Below, in pieces: positions 30,639 through 39,779 of a stretch of 64,000 nucleotides of DNA. Position 1 is the first letter of the stretch. Each line of letters opens with the position of its first letter. The DNA lies in contig OY781964.1 in the NCBI GenBank assembly GCA_963677485.1, positions 4,704,001-4,768,000 on the forward strand, in the 5' to 3' direction. Source of the stretch: Armatimonadota bacterium. GTDB lineage: Bacteria > Armatimonadota > HRBIN16. The notes below the pieces were generated by a model, which was not told the origin of the DNA, made no database searches, and worked only from the letters and a program-made list of their open reading frames with translations. The translations under genes and the position numbers were made by a program.

Positions 30639-31493
30639 ATGCGTCCCGAGTTATTCAATATCACGGTCAACGGCCGCGAGCTGTATGTGATGTCTTACAG
30701 CTTCTTCCTGACACTCGCGGCCATCTCATTCATCCTTGTGGGGGTTGTTGTTGCACAAAAGCGTGGGTTACCTGCTGCTCGGGCAGGCCTATGCCTGTTT
30801 GTGGGCGTGGTCGCTTTGTCAATCGGCGCACGGTTGATGCACTTGCTGACTTCGCCATCATCATTCGGACAAGGGTTGACCGATTTACTGAGTTTGAACC
30901 GAACCAATCTGTCCGGATATGCAGGATTATTACTGGCTGTGCCCGTCATGGTCTTCACAGCAAGGCTTCTGCAACTACTAGTCTGGAGACTGGCGGACGC
31001 CACCGCTCCGGCTCTGGCTGTATCGGCTTGTTTGGCAAAGCTGGGCTGCTTCCTGAACGGCTGCTGTTACGGTAGTCCCACTCGCCTACCCTGGGGTATC
31101 AGGCTTGCTTCGAGCGAGAAGAGCTTCACTCAGGTGATCACCGGGGAGATTGGCCTTTTCGACGATACGCTGCCAGTGCATCCCACTCAGATATATGAGG
31201 CGCTGGCTGCGTTAAGTGGGGGAGTGCTGGTAATGATTCTCATGAGGCTCAAGCTGCCTGATGGTGTGGCATTCCTGGCGTTTGTTGTCTGGTTCACGTC
31301 ATGCAGATGGTTCATTTATCCGCTTCTGCAATCGACCAGCCTACAATCCAAGCCTGAGTGGCTTTATCCCACTCTGTATGGCATGGTGATTCTGGTCAGT
31401 CTTGTTGCACTGGTTTTAAAAATCCGAAACTACTCAGCCATTAGCGACGGGTTTCATCAACCTGCTGAAGCAGGCCTCGTCACCCGTCGCTAA
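30639..31493 (+). CDS. Prolipoprotein diacylglyceryl transferase (Lgt) family protein, divergent
   Basis: MRPELF, IGARL, LADATAP, KLGCFLNGCCYG, LPWGI, HPTQIYE. Confidence 0.82.
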   Translation: MRPELFNITVNGRELYVMSYSFFLTLAAISFILVGVVVAQKRGLPAARAGLCLFVGVVALSIGARLMHLLTSPSSFGQGLTDLLSLNRTNLSGYAGLLLAVPVMVFTARLLQLLVWRLADATAPALAVSACLAKLGCFLNGCCYGSPTRLPWGIRLASSEKSFTQVITGEIGLFDDTLPVHPTQIYEALAALSGGVLVMILMRLKLPDGVAFLAFVVWFTSCRWFIYPLLQSTSLQSKPEWLYPTLYGMVILVSLVALVLKIRNYSAISDGFHQPAEAGLVTRR

Positions 31494-31662
31494 TCAGTTG
31501 GCAGTCCGCTGAAGCGGACGCATCCCGGACGCCACCTGCGCCCGCTTGCGGGCCGCGAATGATCAGCCAAGCGTTGAGGGAACCCCTTTATGGACGTCAG
31601 TCCGTGGGGTGATTAATCCCGTGGCAACTGTGACAGGATATCTCCCAATCATCCAGGCTGCC

Positions 31663-33888
31663 TTACGGCTCAAGAAGAATGCCGTTGTTGAAGCCGTCTA
31701 TCTGTACACGGTAGATCCGAACGTCGGTGACGCTCTTTGGCTTCACGGTCAGCCATTGGGGTGTGTCGGTACGCAGTTGTTGCAGCATCGAAAGAACCTA
31801 CGTCGGGTCAGCAGAGCCGACGTCTGGCACGCTGCGTGTGGGCGGTTCACCTTCAGCGGCGGTCGCGTAGCGTCGGCTGAAGAGCAGCGACACTTTTGCG
31901 CCGGCCGGAGGGGGTACAAGCACCTGCGCATCACCAGCCTCGATTCCCATAAACATGACGTTCGCCTTATCTGTCTTCCCTGTCACTAATGCCCGTGTTT
32001 GTACGACGTTGGTCAGGAAGCTGGCTTTACCTGAGAAATCGACTATTGATATGCCCGCCGTTGCAGGGTCGCTTGTTGAGGCATTTGGGCCCGCCCGTCC
32101 AGGAGCAATTTGCGCTCCGCTCAGTGTAAATGTGCCGGAACCTCTCAACTGCGTGAATGTGGTGGGCTGACCTTCGTACCAGATATCCTGGGCCATCAAC
32201 CGTCCACCGTTCTCTACACTATACATAGCAGCACAATTGCTGGAGGCCCCGCCGAACAGTAATGTGCGCGTATTGGTGGGCTTGCCTTGCGCTGCCTTCT
32301 CACTGCCAACCACTTTCAAACCAGCTTTACACGAAGGGTAGAAGCTGCGCAGCATCACATCCGTGTTCGCCAGCTGGTTAACCAGTAGCGCCTGGTTGCT
32401 GCCATTCACGATCACATCATCTCCAAAGACACGGGAGCTTGGTTGATCACAGTTCGCTACAGTAAGCCCGTTCTGCTTATCACTCCCGCTCATTTTGAAG
32501 TCTCGCAGGGTCACGTGACTCGGTCCTTTCAGCATCAGCATAGAGCTTCCAGCAGTACCTTCCCAGTGAAGATGCGTTTGATAGCCATCACCTACGAGTT
32601 GCAGGTCGCTACCGGCGGGTAGCACTATCGGTTTGGTGATTTTATACTCACCTATGGGTATGTGTACCACAGCGCGCTGACCAGTAAGCTTCAAGGCCTT
32701 CCCGATCGCGGCTGAAATAGCTGCCTCACCGGAATTCTTTGGCACTTCGAATATCTTGCGTTGTTTGTTCATGGGAGCCGCCACCACCGGGTAGTCTGGG
32801 ATGCGGATTTCACTGGCTTGCTTGGTTTGAGATCCGATTTCCAGCAGTCGGCCGGTCACATTGAGTGCTTTGGTAGAGTTGCTGATATTCCCAACCCCTA
32901 CATATTCGGCGGGTACATAGGCCCAGCAGAATATCGGAGGCGAACTGACGAATTTGGGGGTTTGTATGATGGTGTTGTCAATGAACAGCGACGGTCCCGC
33001 GTTGAGCACACAGATCGGATTTACCTCTGTGGCATCCAGCACTGTATTACCTTGCACGGTCAGTGGTACCGCCCAACCGCCGATCATGCGTGAATCGACA
33101 AACCTGCGGGAACCGCGTGAGATATTGTGCCGAATACTGAAATAGCCAGCATTGCCTGTCACCACATCGGCGACGGTGCTGCGTGTAAACTGGCAGCGAT
33201 AAACATGGTAGTGACCAGCACCAGGATCATTCGTGACACCCATGGCGCAGTCTATGAATTCACTGTCCCAGATAAACCAGTCGAGTGCGTTGAAACTCTG
33301 AATCCTCACCCCAGCGTGGCTAAGGCGGATAAACTTACACCGAAGCACGTTTGTCTCGGCATCCATGAAGTGAGGTCGTCCTGCCCGGATTCCGATTGCC
33401 ATATCCATGAATACTTCATCGGCATGTTGTAATCCTGTCGCGGCGTTCGGTGTTTGTCCATCCCATTCGTGGGCGTAGGCAGTCACCGGCTTTCCTTGAC
33501 CATTCCAGGTGATGCGTCCGAATTTGCTGTATCTGACCCCGTTACACATCATCATCACACCGTCATCAGCACCATCCCAGATGATGCTGGTCTTTACCGG
33601 ATCCTCACCCATGACCATCACGTTCATATGCGAGGTCATGGTAAGTCCTTTGGTGATTCGATATCGTCCGGCAGGTATATAGAGAACCCCTGCCTTTTGC
33701 GGAAACTCGTTCAAAGCGCGCTGCAAGGCCTCTGTGTCGTCGGTCTTGCCGTCGCCTACAGCTCCACATGATTTCACGCTGACCCAACTGGGGAATGGTC
33801 CGACAAACTCCTCGGGGTCATGACGAGCTTGTGCGGAACATAGGGAAGTGGCGAGGATGACTAGTAAGGCAGTGATATTCAGCTTCAT
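31663..33888 (-). CDS. Secreted pectate-lyase-superfamily beta-helix protein, interrupted near the 3' end by an in-frame TAG (31798-31800)
   Basis: Signal peptide, SVKSCGAVGDGKTDDTEALQRAL, LYIPAGRYRI and second VHIPIGEYKI lobe; frame continues 44 codons past the TAG to TAA at 31663. Confidence 0.78.
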
Positions 33889-33996
33889 ATTGCCTCCAAA
33901 TGCCGTGTGGAAGATGGCATATGGATTAGACGAAGCTCTGGGAGCCAGTGTTTCGAGGTTTGCGGAAGAACCGAGTGGTGCAAAACGGAGGAAAAA

Positions 33997-34073
33997 TGGC
34001 GGGGATGACGGGGCTCGAACCCGCGACCTCAGGCGTGACAGGCCTGCGCTCTAACCAACTGAGCTACACCCCC
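33997..34073 (-). tRNA. tRNA-Asp(GTC), copy 3
   Basis: GGGGGTGTAGCTCAGTTGGTTAGAGC...CTGTCAC...GGTTCGAG...CCA, 77 nt. Confidence 0.97.
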
Positions 34074-34091
34074 AAATGGGTTGGTGAATAC

Positions 34092-34167
34092 TGGAGCCGA
34101 CGAGGGGACTCGAACCCCTGACCTACGCATTACGAGTGCGTCGCTCTACCAACTGAGCTACGTCGGC
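34092..34167 (-). tRNA. tRNA-Thr(CGT)
   Basis: GCCGACGTAGCTCAG...CTCGTAA...GGTTCGAGTCC...CCA, 76 nt. Confidence 0.97.
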
Positions 34168-34176
34168 GGGCGTAAA

Positions 34177-34252
34177 TGGTGCCACAGGGCGGGATCGAAC
34201 CGCCGACACCGGGATTTTCAGTCCCGTGCTCTACCAACTGAGCTACCGTGGC
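34177..34252 (-). tRNA. tRNA-Phe(GAA), copy 2
   Basis: GCCACGGTAGCTCAG...CTGAAAA...GGTTCGATCCC...CCA, 76 nt. Confidence 0.97.
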
Positions 34253-34267
34253 ATGAAAGGTTCAGAA

Positions 34268-34344
34268 TGGCGGGGATGACGGGGCTCGAACCCGCGACCT
34301 CAGGCGTGACAGGCCTGCGCTCTAACCAACTGAGCTACACCCCC
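34268..34344 (-). tRNA. tRNA-Asp(GTC), copy 2
   Basis: Reads identical to the other Asp copies, 77 nt with CCA. Confidence 0.97.
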
Positions 34345-34446
34345 ACATGGGTTGGGTCAGGAGAAGACAAAGGGTCTCGAAACCCCTGATCTGCATTAAC
34401 CGAAACACGCACCATCGCAGTCGGTTATGCGACGATAGCAAGGGAA
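34345..34446 (-). pseudogene. Degenerate tRNA-Thr relic in the Phe-Asp spacer
   Basis: TAATGCAGATCAGGGGTTTCGAGACCCTTTGTC...CCAACCCAT aligns with TAATGCGTAGGTCAGGGGTTCGAGTCCCCTCGTC...CCAACCCAT of the intact Thr unit; same position in the 270 bp repeat. Confidence 0.65.
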
Positions 34447-34522
34447 TGGTGCCACAGGGCGGGATCGAACCGCCGACACCGGGATTTTCAGTCCCGTGCT
34501 CTACCAACTGAGCTACCGTGGC
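34447..34522 (-). tRNA. tRNA-Phe(GAA), copy 1
   Basis: Reads identical to copy 2, 76 nt with CCA. Confidence 0.97.
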
Positions 34523-34537
34523 ACGAAAGGCGCAAAA

Positions 34538-34614
34538 TGGCGGGGATGACGGGGCTCGAACCCGCGACCTCAGGCGTGACAGGCCTGCGCTCTAACCAAC
34601 TGAGCTACACCCCC
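34538..34614 (-). tRNA. tRNA-Asp(GTC), copy 1
   Basis: 77 nt cloverleaf, anticodon GTC, CCA. Confidence 0.97.
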
Positions 34615-34628
34615 GCGTAACGAGAGCA

Positions 34629-34704
34629 TGGTGGGCTGAACAGGACTCGAACCTGTGACCACTTCCTTGTAAGGGAAGCGCTCTACCAACTGAGCTACCA
34701 GCCC
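34629..34704 (-). tRNA. tRNA-Val(TAC)
   Basis: GGGCTGGTAGCTCAG...CTTACAA...GGTTCGAGTCC...CCA, 76 nt. Confidence 0.97.
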
Positions 34705-34740
34705 GAATTTCACCGTGTTTCATGCTCACACGCAGGAGTT

Positions 34741-34769
34741 ATTATGCCAAAGCTAGAGAGATTTGTCAA
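34741..34769 (-). promoter_or_regulatory. Sigma70-type promoter of the tRNA operon
   Basis: Minus strand TTGACA-17 bp-CATAAT. Confidence 0.82.
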
Positions 34770-34808
34770 GCTTCGCCCGCTTCGGCATCCAACTTGCGTC
34801 TGGATAAT

Positions 34809-34836
34809 GAAACGCCCCTGCTGCCAGGGGCGTTTC
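34809..34836 (-). terminator. Terminator hairpin after ilvD
   Basis: Perfect 12 bp stem GAAACGCCCCTG/CAGGGGCGTTTC, 4 nt loop. Confidence 0.7.
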
Positions 34837-34863
34837 TCGTCAATGTTAATACCGCCAGCGCCG

Positions 34864-36543
34864 CTACTCTAGAACGGCACCCTTATTGGCACTTGTGGCC
34901 ATACGGGCGTATCTCTTCAACCAGCCCGTCAGTTTACGGTCAGGAGCTACCGGTGGGTTCTGCTTGCGTAAGGCGATCTCTTCGTCGCTAAGCTTTGCCA
35001 CTAGTTTACTGTTGGGGATATCGATGCTGATGATGTCGCCATCCTTCAGCAGCCCAATCAGACCGCCCTCAGCCGCCTCAGGGCTAACATGGCCAATACA
35101 TGCACCGTGCGTGCCACCTGAGAAGCGTCCGTCCGTGATGAGGGCCACAGATTCGCCTAGACCTTGTCCCATGATGTAGCTGGTGGGTCCAAGCATCTCT
35201 TGCATGCCCGGTCCGCCCTTGGGGCCTTCGTAGCGAATGACGACCACGTCGCCCTTATGCACTTTGCCAGCAAGGATGTTCTCGCAGGCTTCCTCTTCGG
35301 AGTTGTAGATCACCGCTTTGCCTTCAAATACCATCATATTCGGTGCGACCCCAGCGGATTTCACCACGGCACCATTCTCAGCCAGGTTGCCAAACAGCAC
35401 GGCTAGTCCACCGGTCTTGCTGTAGGCGTTCTCAATCTTGCGGATGCACTGATCGTCCTTGATTTCGCAGTCAGCGATGTTTTCGCCCAGCGTTTTGCCA
35501 GTGACGGTCATGCAGGAGGTGTCAAGCAAGCCAGGTATACGGCTGATTTCCTTCAGAATGGCCCCGATGCCACCCGCATCATCCACGTCCTTCATGTGAT
35601 ACTGGCTGCTTGGAGACACCTTGCATATGTTGGGTATGATCTGGCTGAGCTCGTTGATCCGGTTCAGGTCATAGTCGATACCAGCCTCGGAACACACCGC
35701 CAGGGAGTGCAAGACCGTATTGGTCGAGCCGCCCATGGCCATATCGAGTGTGAGCGCATTGTCGATACTGCGCTTGGTCAAGATATCCAGCGGTTTGATG
35801 TCTTTTTCGACCAGCATCATGATGGTCTCACCCGCTTTGCGGTAGAGAGCCACACGTTCTGGGTTTAGTTTATCTTTGGTGCCGGCCAGAATAGTGCCAT
35901 TACCGGGCAGAGCTAACCCAAGTGCCTCGCACAGGCAGTTCATGCTGTTTGCGGTGAACATACCGCTGCATGAGCCACAGGTGGGGCATCCTCGGTCTTC
36001 CAGCATTTTCAGTCGCTCATCGTCGATCTGGCCCATTTTGTGTTTGGCCACGCCTTCGAAGACGCTGATCAAGTCTACTGGATTGCCCTCATCGTCATAT
36101 CCGGTGGCCATCGGACCACCGCTGATGAATAGCGTAGGCACATTCAAGCGCATGGCGGCCATCATCATACCTGGCACGATTTTGTCGCAGTTTGGTATAC
36201 ACACCATACCATCAAGGCAGTGCGCTTTCATGACCGTCTCAACGCAGTCTGCAATCAGCTCGCGGCTGGGCAGAGAGTATTTCATGCCCATATGCCCCAT
36301 GGCGATGCCATCATCTACACCAATGGTATTAAACTCAAAGGGGACGCCGCCCGCATCGCGGATGGCTTGTTTGATGATTTCACCGACCTTGTTAAGATGT
36401 ACATGGCCTGGGATGATTTCGATGAAGGAGTTGCAGACGCCGATGAACGGCTTCCGCATATCTGCATCGGTCACACCTGTCGCTTTCAGCAAGGAACGAT
36501 GCGGTGCTCTTTCGAACCCGCGTTTGATGGTATCGCTGCGCAT
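34864..36543 (-). CDS. ilvD: Dihydroxy-acid dehydratase
   Basis: [61 protein letters not shown]. Confidence 0.98.
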   Translation of the reverse strand: MRSDTIKRGFERAPHRSLLKATGVTDADMRKPFIGVCNSFIEIIPGHVHLNKVGEIIKQAIRDAGGVPFEFNTIGVDDGIAMGHMGMKYSLPSRELIADCVETVMKAHCLDGMVCIPNCDKIVPGMMMAAMRLNVPTLFISGGPMATGYDDEGNPVDLISVFEGVAKHKMGQIDDERLKMLEDRGCPTCGSCSGMFTANSMNCLCEALGLALPGNGTILAGTKDKLNPERVALYRKAGETIMMLVEKDIKPLDILTKRSIDNALTLDMAMGGSTNTVLHSLAVCSEAGIDYDLNRINELSQIIPNICKVSPSSQYHMKDVDDAGGIGAILKEISRIPGLLDTSCMTVTGKTLGENIADCEIKDDQCIRKIENAYSKTGGLAVLFGNLAENGAVVKSAGVAPNMMVFEGKAVIYNSEEEACENILAGKVHKGDVVVIRYEGPKGGPGMQEMLGPTSYIMGQGLGESVALITDGRFSGGTHGACIGHVSPEAAEGGLIGLLKDGDIISIDIPNSKLVAKLSDEEIALRKQNPPVAPDRKLTGWLKRYARMATSANKGAVLE

Positions 36544-36624
36544 TTTAGCGCCTCCTTGATTTCGGATTGTATATAATTAGTATAACTCCACTCACTGAAC
36601 ACGTAAATAATGCGAGGATAACTG

Positions 36625-37539
36625 ATGAAACCACAGCGTATCGCCGCGATGGATTTAGGATCAAACTCGTTCCTGCTCACCATAGTACAGACAGGCATTG
36701 AAGGAATCCGCACGCTGCATGATAGCTGCATCATCACGCAATTGTCGAAGGATATGGATGAACATAAAAACATGGCCCAGGAATCCATCACACGGGGGCT
36801 TGCCGCCGTCCGGCAGTTTGAAGATATCTTGACTAAGTACGAGGTAGACGTGCTTTTACCGGTTGGGACAGCAGTTTTCCGTAAAGCGGCCAACTCACAG
36901 ATATTCCTTGATGAAGTAAAAAAGATACTGGGTACCGAAGTCGAGGTAATTTCCGGCCAGCGTGAGGCGGAATTGAGCTTCAACAGCATCGCTAAAGACC
37001 CGATATTCGCAGGAACACCCGATTTATGTGTGGTGGACCTTGGCGGAGGTAGTGCCGAGATCGCCTCGACAGGAACATCAGGCATGACCCTCAGCAGCTT
37101 CCCGATAGGGGCCATGGCCATGAAACAAGCGCATGTCTCTCATGATCCAGTCACCGATGAGGAAATCGCTGCTATCACGGAGAGCGTCCGTAACTGTTGC
37201 GAAGACTTGAAAGCAGGACACAGGTCTGTGGTTGGTGTAGGTGGTGCATTTGTAAACTTTGGCGGGTACAATCTGGGCGCGTTGAACCTCGAGGCGATTC
37301 ATGGCATGAGCATCACCACACAGCAGCTCGATATGATCGTACAACGACTATGTGCTGCCACTGAAGACCAACGCAAGCAGATTCCTGGCCTGGAACCGGA
37401 GCGGGCAGGCGTCATTCATGTCAGCGCCATTGTGGCCTCAGAGCTAATGAGGGTGCTTGGTGTCAGCCAATTCCGAGTGAGCGTCAAAGGGTTACGCTGG
37501 GGAGTGATATATGAGGCGTGCGATGCGAGTCGGCATTGA
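36625..37539 (+). CDS. Ppx/GppA family phosphatase (short form)
   Basis: DLGSNS, ISGQREAEL, DLGGGSAE, GVGG, GLEPERA, GLRWG. Confidence 0.88.
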   Translation: MKPQRIAAMDLGSNSFLLTIVQTGIEGIRTLHDSCIITQLSKDMDEHKNMAQESITRGLAAVRQFEDILTKYEVDVLLPVGTAVFRKAANSQIFLDEVKKILGTEVEVISGQREAELSFNSIAKDPIFAGTPDLCVVDLGGGSAEIASTGTSGMTLSSFPIGAMAMKQAHVSHDPVTDEEIAAITESVRNCCEDLKAGHRSVVGVGGAFVNFGGYNLGALNLEAIHGMSITTQQLDMIVQRLCAATEDQRKQIPGLEPERAGVIHVSAIVASELMRVLGVSQFRVSVKGLRWGVIYEACDASRH

Positions 37540-38623
37540 CGCCCGCTGCCTGACCGGGGCATATACCGGCGACCGTACATACTGGGAGGGGCTCATTGGC
37601 GGGCTCGCTTCCCTGAGTGTGGGTTTGGAGCTTGTGCTGTTCAGTGATCGGGACATCCCGGCTGGAGTGGTCCCAGCGGCTGCGAATATCAAGCAGGTAG
37701 TCGTACCATCGCGCTGGGGGCGGTATTTCAGTTTTGTACAGCTCCCTCATGCGGCGTTCCAGCATCGGTGCGATGTGGTGCATGTTCAGTATAGTGTCTC
37801 GCCGATGTTTCGCATGCCTGTCGTGACCACTATACACGACATATCATTCATGCTCTACCCAGATTGTTTCCGGCCAAAAGATCGCTGGCTACTGTCGCAC
37901 AGTGTGCCTGCGGCGATTCGCCGTGCGGCTCAAGTGATCACCGTATCGGAGAGCAGCCGTAATGACATCATCAAGGCGATGCATGTCGACCCAGCCAAAA
38001 TCCATGCTACTCCACTCGCTGTGCCCACACGGTTGCGTGCGGATTCGGCAGTGTCAGAAGATTTGCTTTCCGATGAGGAGACAAGAACTGGGTATTTCAT
38101 GCTGCTAGGTGTCAGGCAGCCGAGGAAGAACCTTCCGCTAGCTGTCCGAGCATACGCGCGTTACCGTGAGATGGGTGGTATGTCCCAACTGCTGATCGTC
38201 GGAAAAGCGGGTTGGGGTGAAGACACATTAACGAATACGGTGAACCAGTGTGGCGTCCGTGAGCATGTCAGGATCACCGGCTATGTGAAGGATAACCAGC
38301 TCCACGCTCTGTATAGCCGCGCCGAGGCTCTGTTGTATCCCAGCCTGTATGAAGGTTTTGGTTTACCGCCACTAGAAGCGATGAGCCTGGGATGCCCGGT
38401 GATCGCCTCTGACATACCGGTCATGCATGAAGTATGCGGTGATGCCGCCATATTACTACCTCCTATAGAAGCAGGTCCGTGGGCGGATGCGATGCTGAGC
38501 CTCACACCTGAATGTCGAAAACAACGATCCGACTTAGGCAAAGACAGATCGTCACGGTTTAGTTGGACGGAAACCGCTATTCAAACGTACAATATATACA
38601 AGCTGGCACACGGTGCAGGCTAG
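37511..38623 (+). CDS. Glycosyltransferase family 4
   Basis: TIHDISF, ITVSESS, PRKNL, YPSLYEGFGLPPLEAM. Confidence 0.92.
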   Translation: MRRAMRVGIDARCLTGAYTGDRTYWEGLIGGLASLSVGLELVLFSDRDIPAGVVPAAANIKQVVVPSRWGRYFSFVQLPHAAFQHRCDVVHVQYSVSPMFRMPVVTTIHDISFMLYPDCFRPKDRWLLSHSVPAAIRRAAQVITVSESSRNDIIKAMHVDPAKIHATPLAVPTRLRADSAVSEDLLSDEETRTGYFMLLGVRQPRKNLPLAVRAYARYREMGGMSQLLIVGKAGWGEDTLTNTVNQCGVREHVRITGYVKDNQLHALYSRAEALLYPSLYEGFGLPPLEAMSLGCPVIASDIPVMHEVCGDAAILLPPIEAGPWADAMLSLTPECRKQRSDLGKDRSSRFSWTETAIQTYNIYKLAHGAG

Positions 38624-38643
38624 ATACCGTATGAATACATTAG

Positions 38644-39261
38644 GTGGAGCACACAAAGATGAATGAAACACGCTGTAAGGAAATAGAGTTACTGACGGCG
38701 GCTCAGCGTGGTGATAATCAGGCGTTTGATCGGCTGGTGATGAACAACCAGAAGGCGATATTCCGCGCCGTCATGCGTGACTGTGTGGATCCCGATCTTG
38801 CCGCTGATGTGATGCAGGATGCGCTGATCCGCGCGTATAAGTCGCTACCCGCATTCCGCGGCGAAGCCAGCTTTAGCACCTGGTTCTTCCGTATTGCCCG
38901 TAATGTTTGTTGGCGGCGAAAACAACAGTTGAAGAGCCAGGATACCGTGTCGCTGGACCAGCCTGTATTCACTAACAGCGATGCCGATTCGATGGTCAGG
39001 CAGGTGGTGGACTACTACGCAGAGAACCCTCAGGAAACACTTCTGGAAAATGAAGTGAAAGAGAGGATATCAGCCGCAGTGGAGAGCCTTCCGAGCAGTC
39101 TTCGGGCAGTGCTGGTACTCCGCGATATGGAAGATCAAAGCACTCAAGAGACAGCAGATAAGCTCGGTATCACAACCATGGCAGTCAAGGCACGCCTTCA
39201 TCGGGCTCGAGCCGCACTCCGACTAAAACTGCAGGACTACTTTACGGAAGAGACACTTTGA
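38644..39261 (+). CDS. ECF-type RNA polymerase sigma factor
   Basis: GDNQAFDRL, FRGEASFSTWFFRIARN, region 4 VKARLHRAR. Confidence 0.9.
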   Translation: MEHTKMNETRCKEIELLTAAQRGDNQAFDRLVMNNQKAIFRAVMRDCVDPDLAADVMQDALIRAYKSLPAFRGEASFSTWFFRIARNVCWRRKQQLKSQDTVSLDQPVFTNSDADSMVRQVVDYYAENPQETLLENEVKERISAAVESLPSSLRAVLVLRDMEDQSTQETADKLGITTMAVKARLHRARAALRLKLQDYFTEETL

Positions 39262-39286
39262 CGAGTAATGAAGCATCCTGTACAAT
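39258..39286 (+). promoter_or_regulatory. Sigma70-type promoter of the rpiB-glyA operon
   Basis: TTGACG-17 bp-TACAAT overlapping the sigma gene stop. Confidence 0.7.
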
Positions 39287-39317
39287 GACATCGATGCGCA
39301 GGAGGTGACAACTCGCT

Positions 39318-39764
39318 ATGAAACTGGCTTTAGGTGGCGATCACGCCATTACAGATATTAAGGATTCTTTGATTTCGGAACTGCAGTCAAGTGGTCATGA
39401 AGTGCTTTACTTTGGCAGCCACAACGGCGAAGCGATTGATTATCCCGATGTTGCCGAACAGGTGGCTCACAGTATTCTCAATAACGATGCAAAACTTGGT
39501 ATTCTAGTCTGCGGTACCGGGGTTGGCATGAGCATAGCCGCGAATAAAATACCCGGCATACGTTGTGCCCATGCACAAGACCCCGTAACATCCGCGCTGG
39601 GACGCAACCACAACGATGCGAATATGCTGGCCGTCGGGCAACGGATATTGGGTTTTGAGCTGATGATAGAAACCATTAAGGCATTCATCGGCACCGAATT
39701 TTCTAACGGCGAACGGCATAAGCGACGGGTAAGTAAAATCAAGGCGATACAAGACAAGAGATAG
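39318..39764 (+). CDS. rpiB: Ribose 5-phosphate isomerase B
   Basis: GGDHA, DYPD, CGTGVGMSIAANK, HNDAN, RHKRRV. Confidence 0.94.
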   Translation: MKLALGGDHAITDIKDSLISELQSSGHEVLYFGSHNGEAIDYPDVAEQVAHSILNNDAKLGILVCGTGVGMSIAANKIPGIRCAHAQDPVTSALGRNHNDANMLAVGQRILGFELMIETIKAFIGTEFSNGERHKRRVSKIKAIQDKR

Positions 39765-39779
39765 AGAAGGGGTAGTTGA

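Noticed and set aside
33848-34507. ORFs 33848-34054, 34081-34389 and 34322-34507
   Set aside because: They overlap tRNA genes and are translation artefacts
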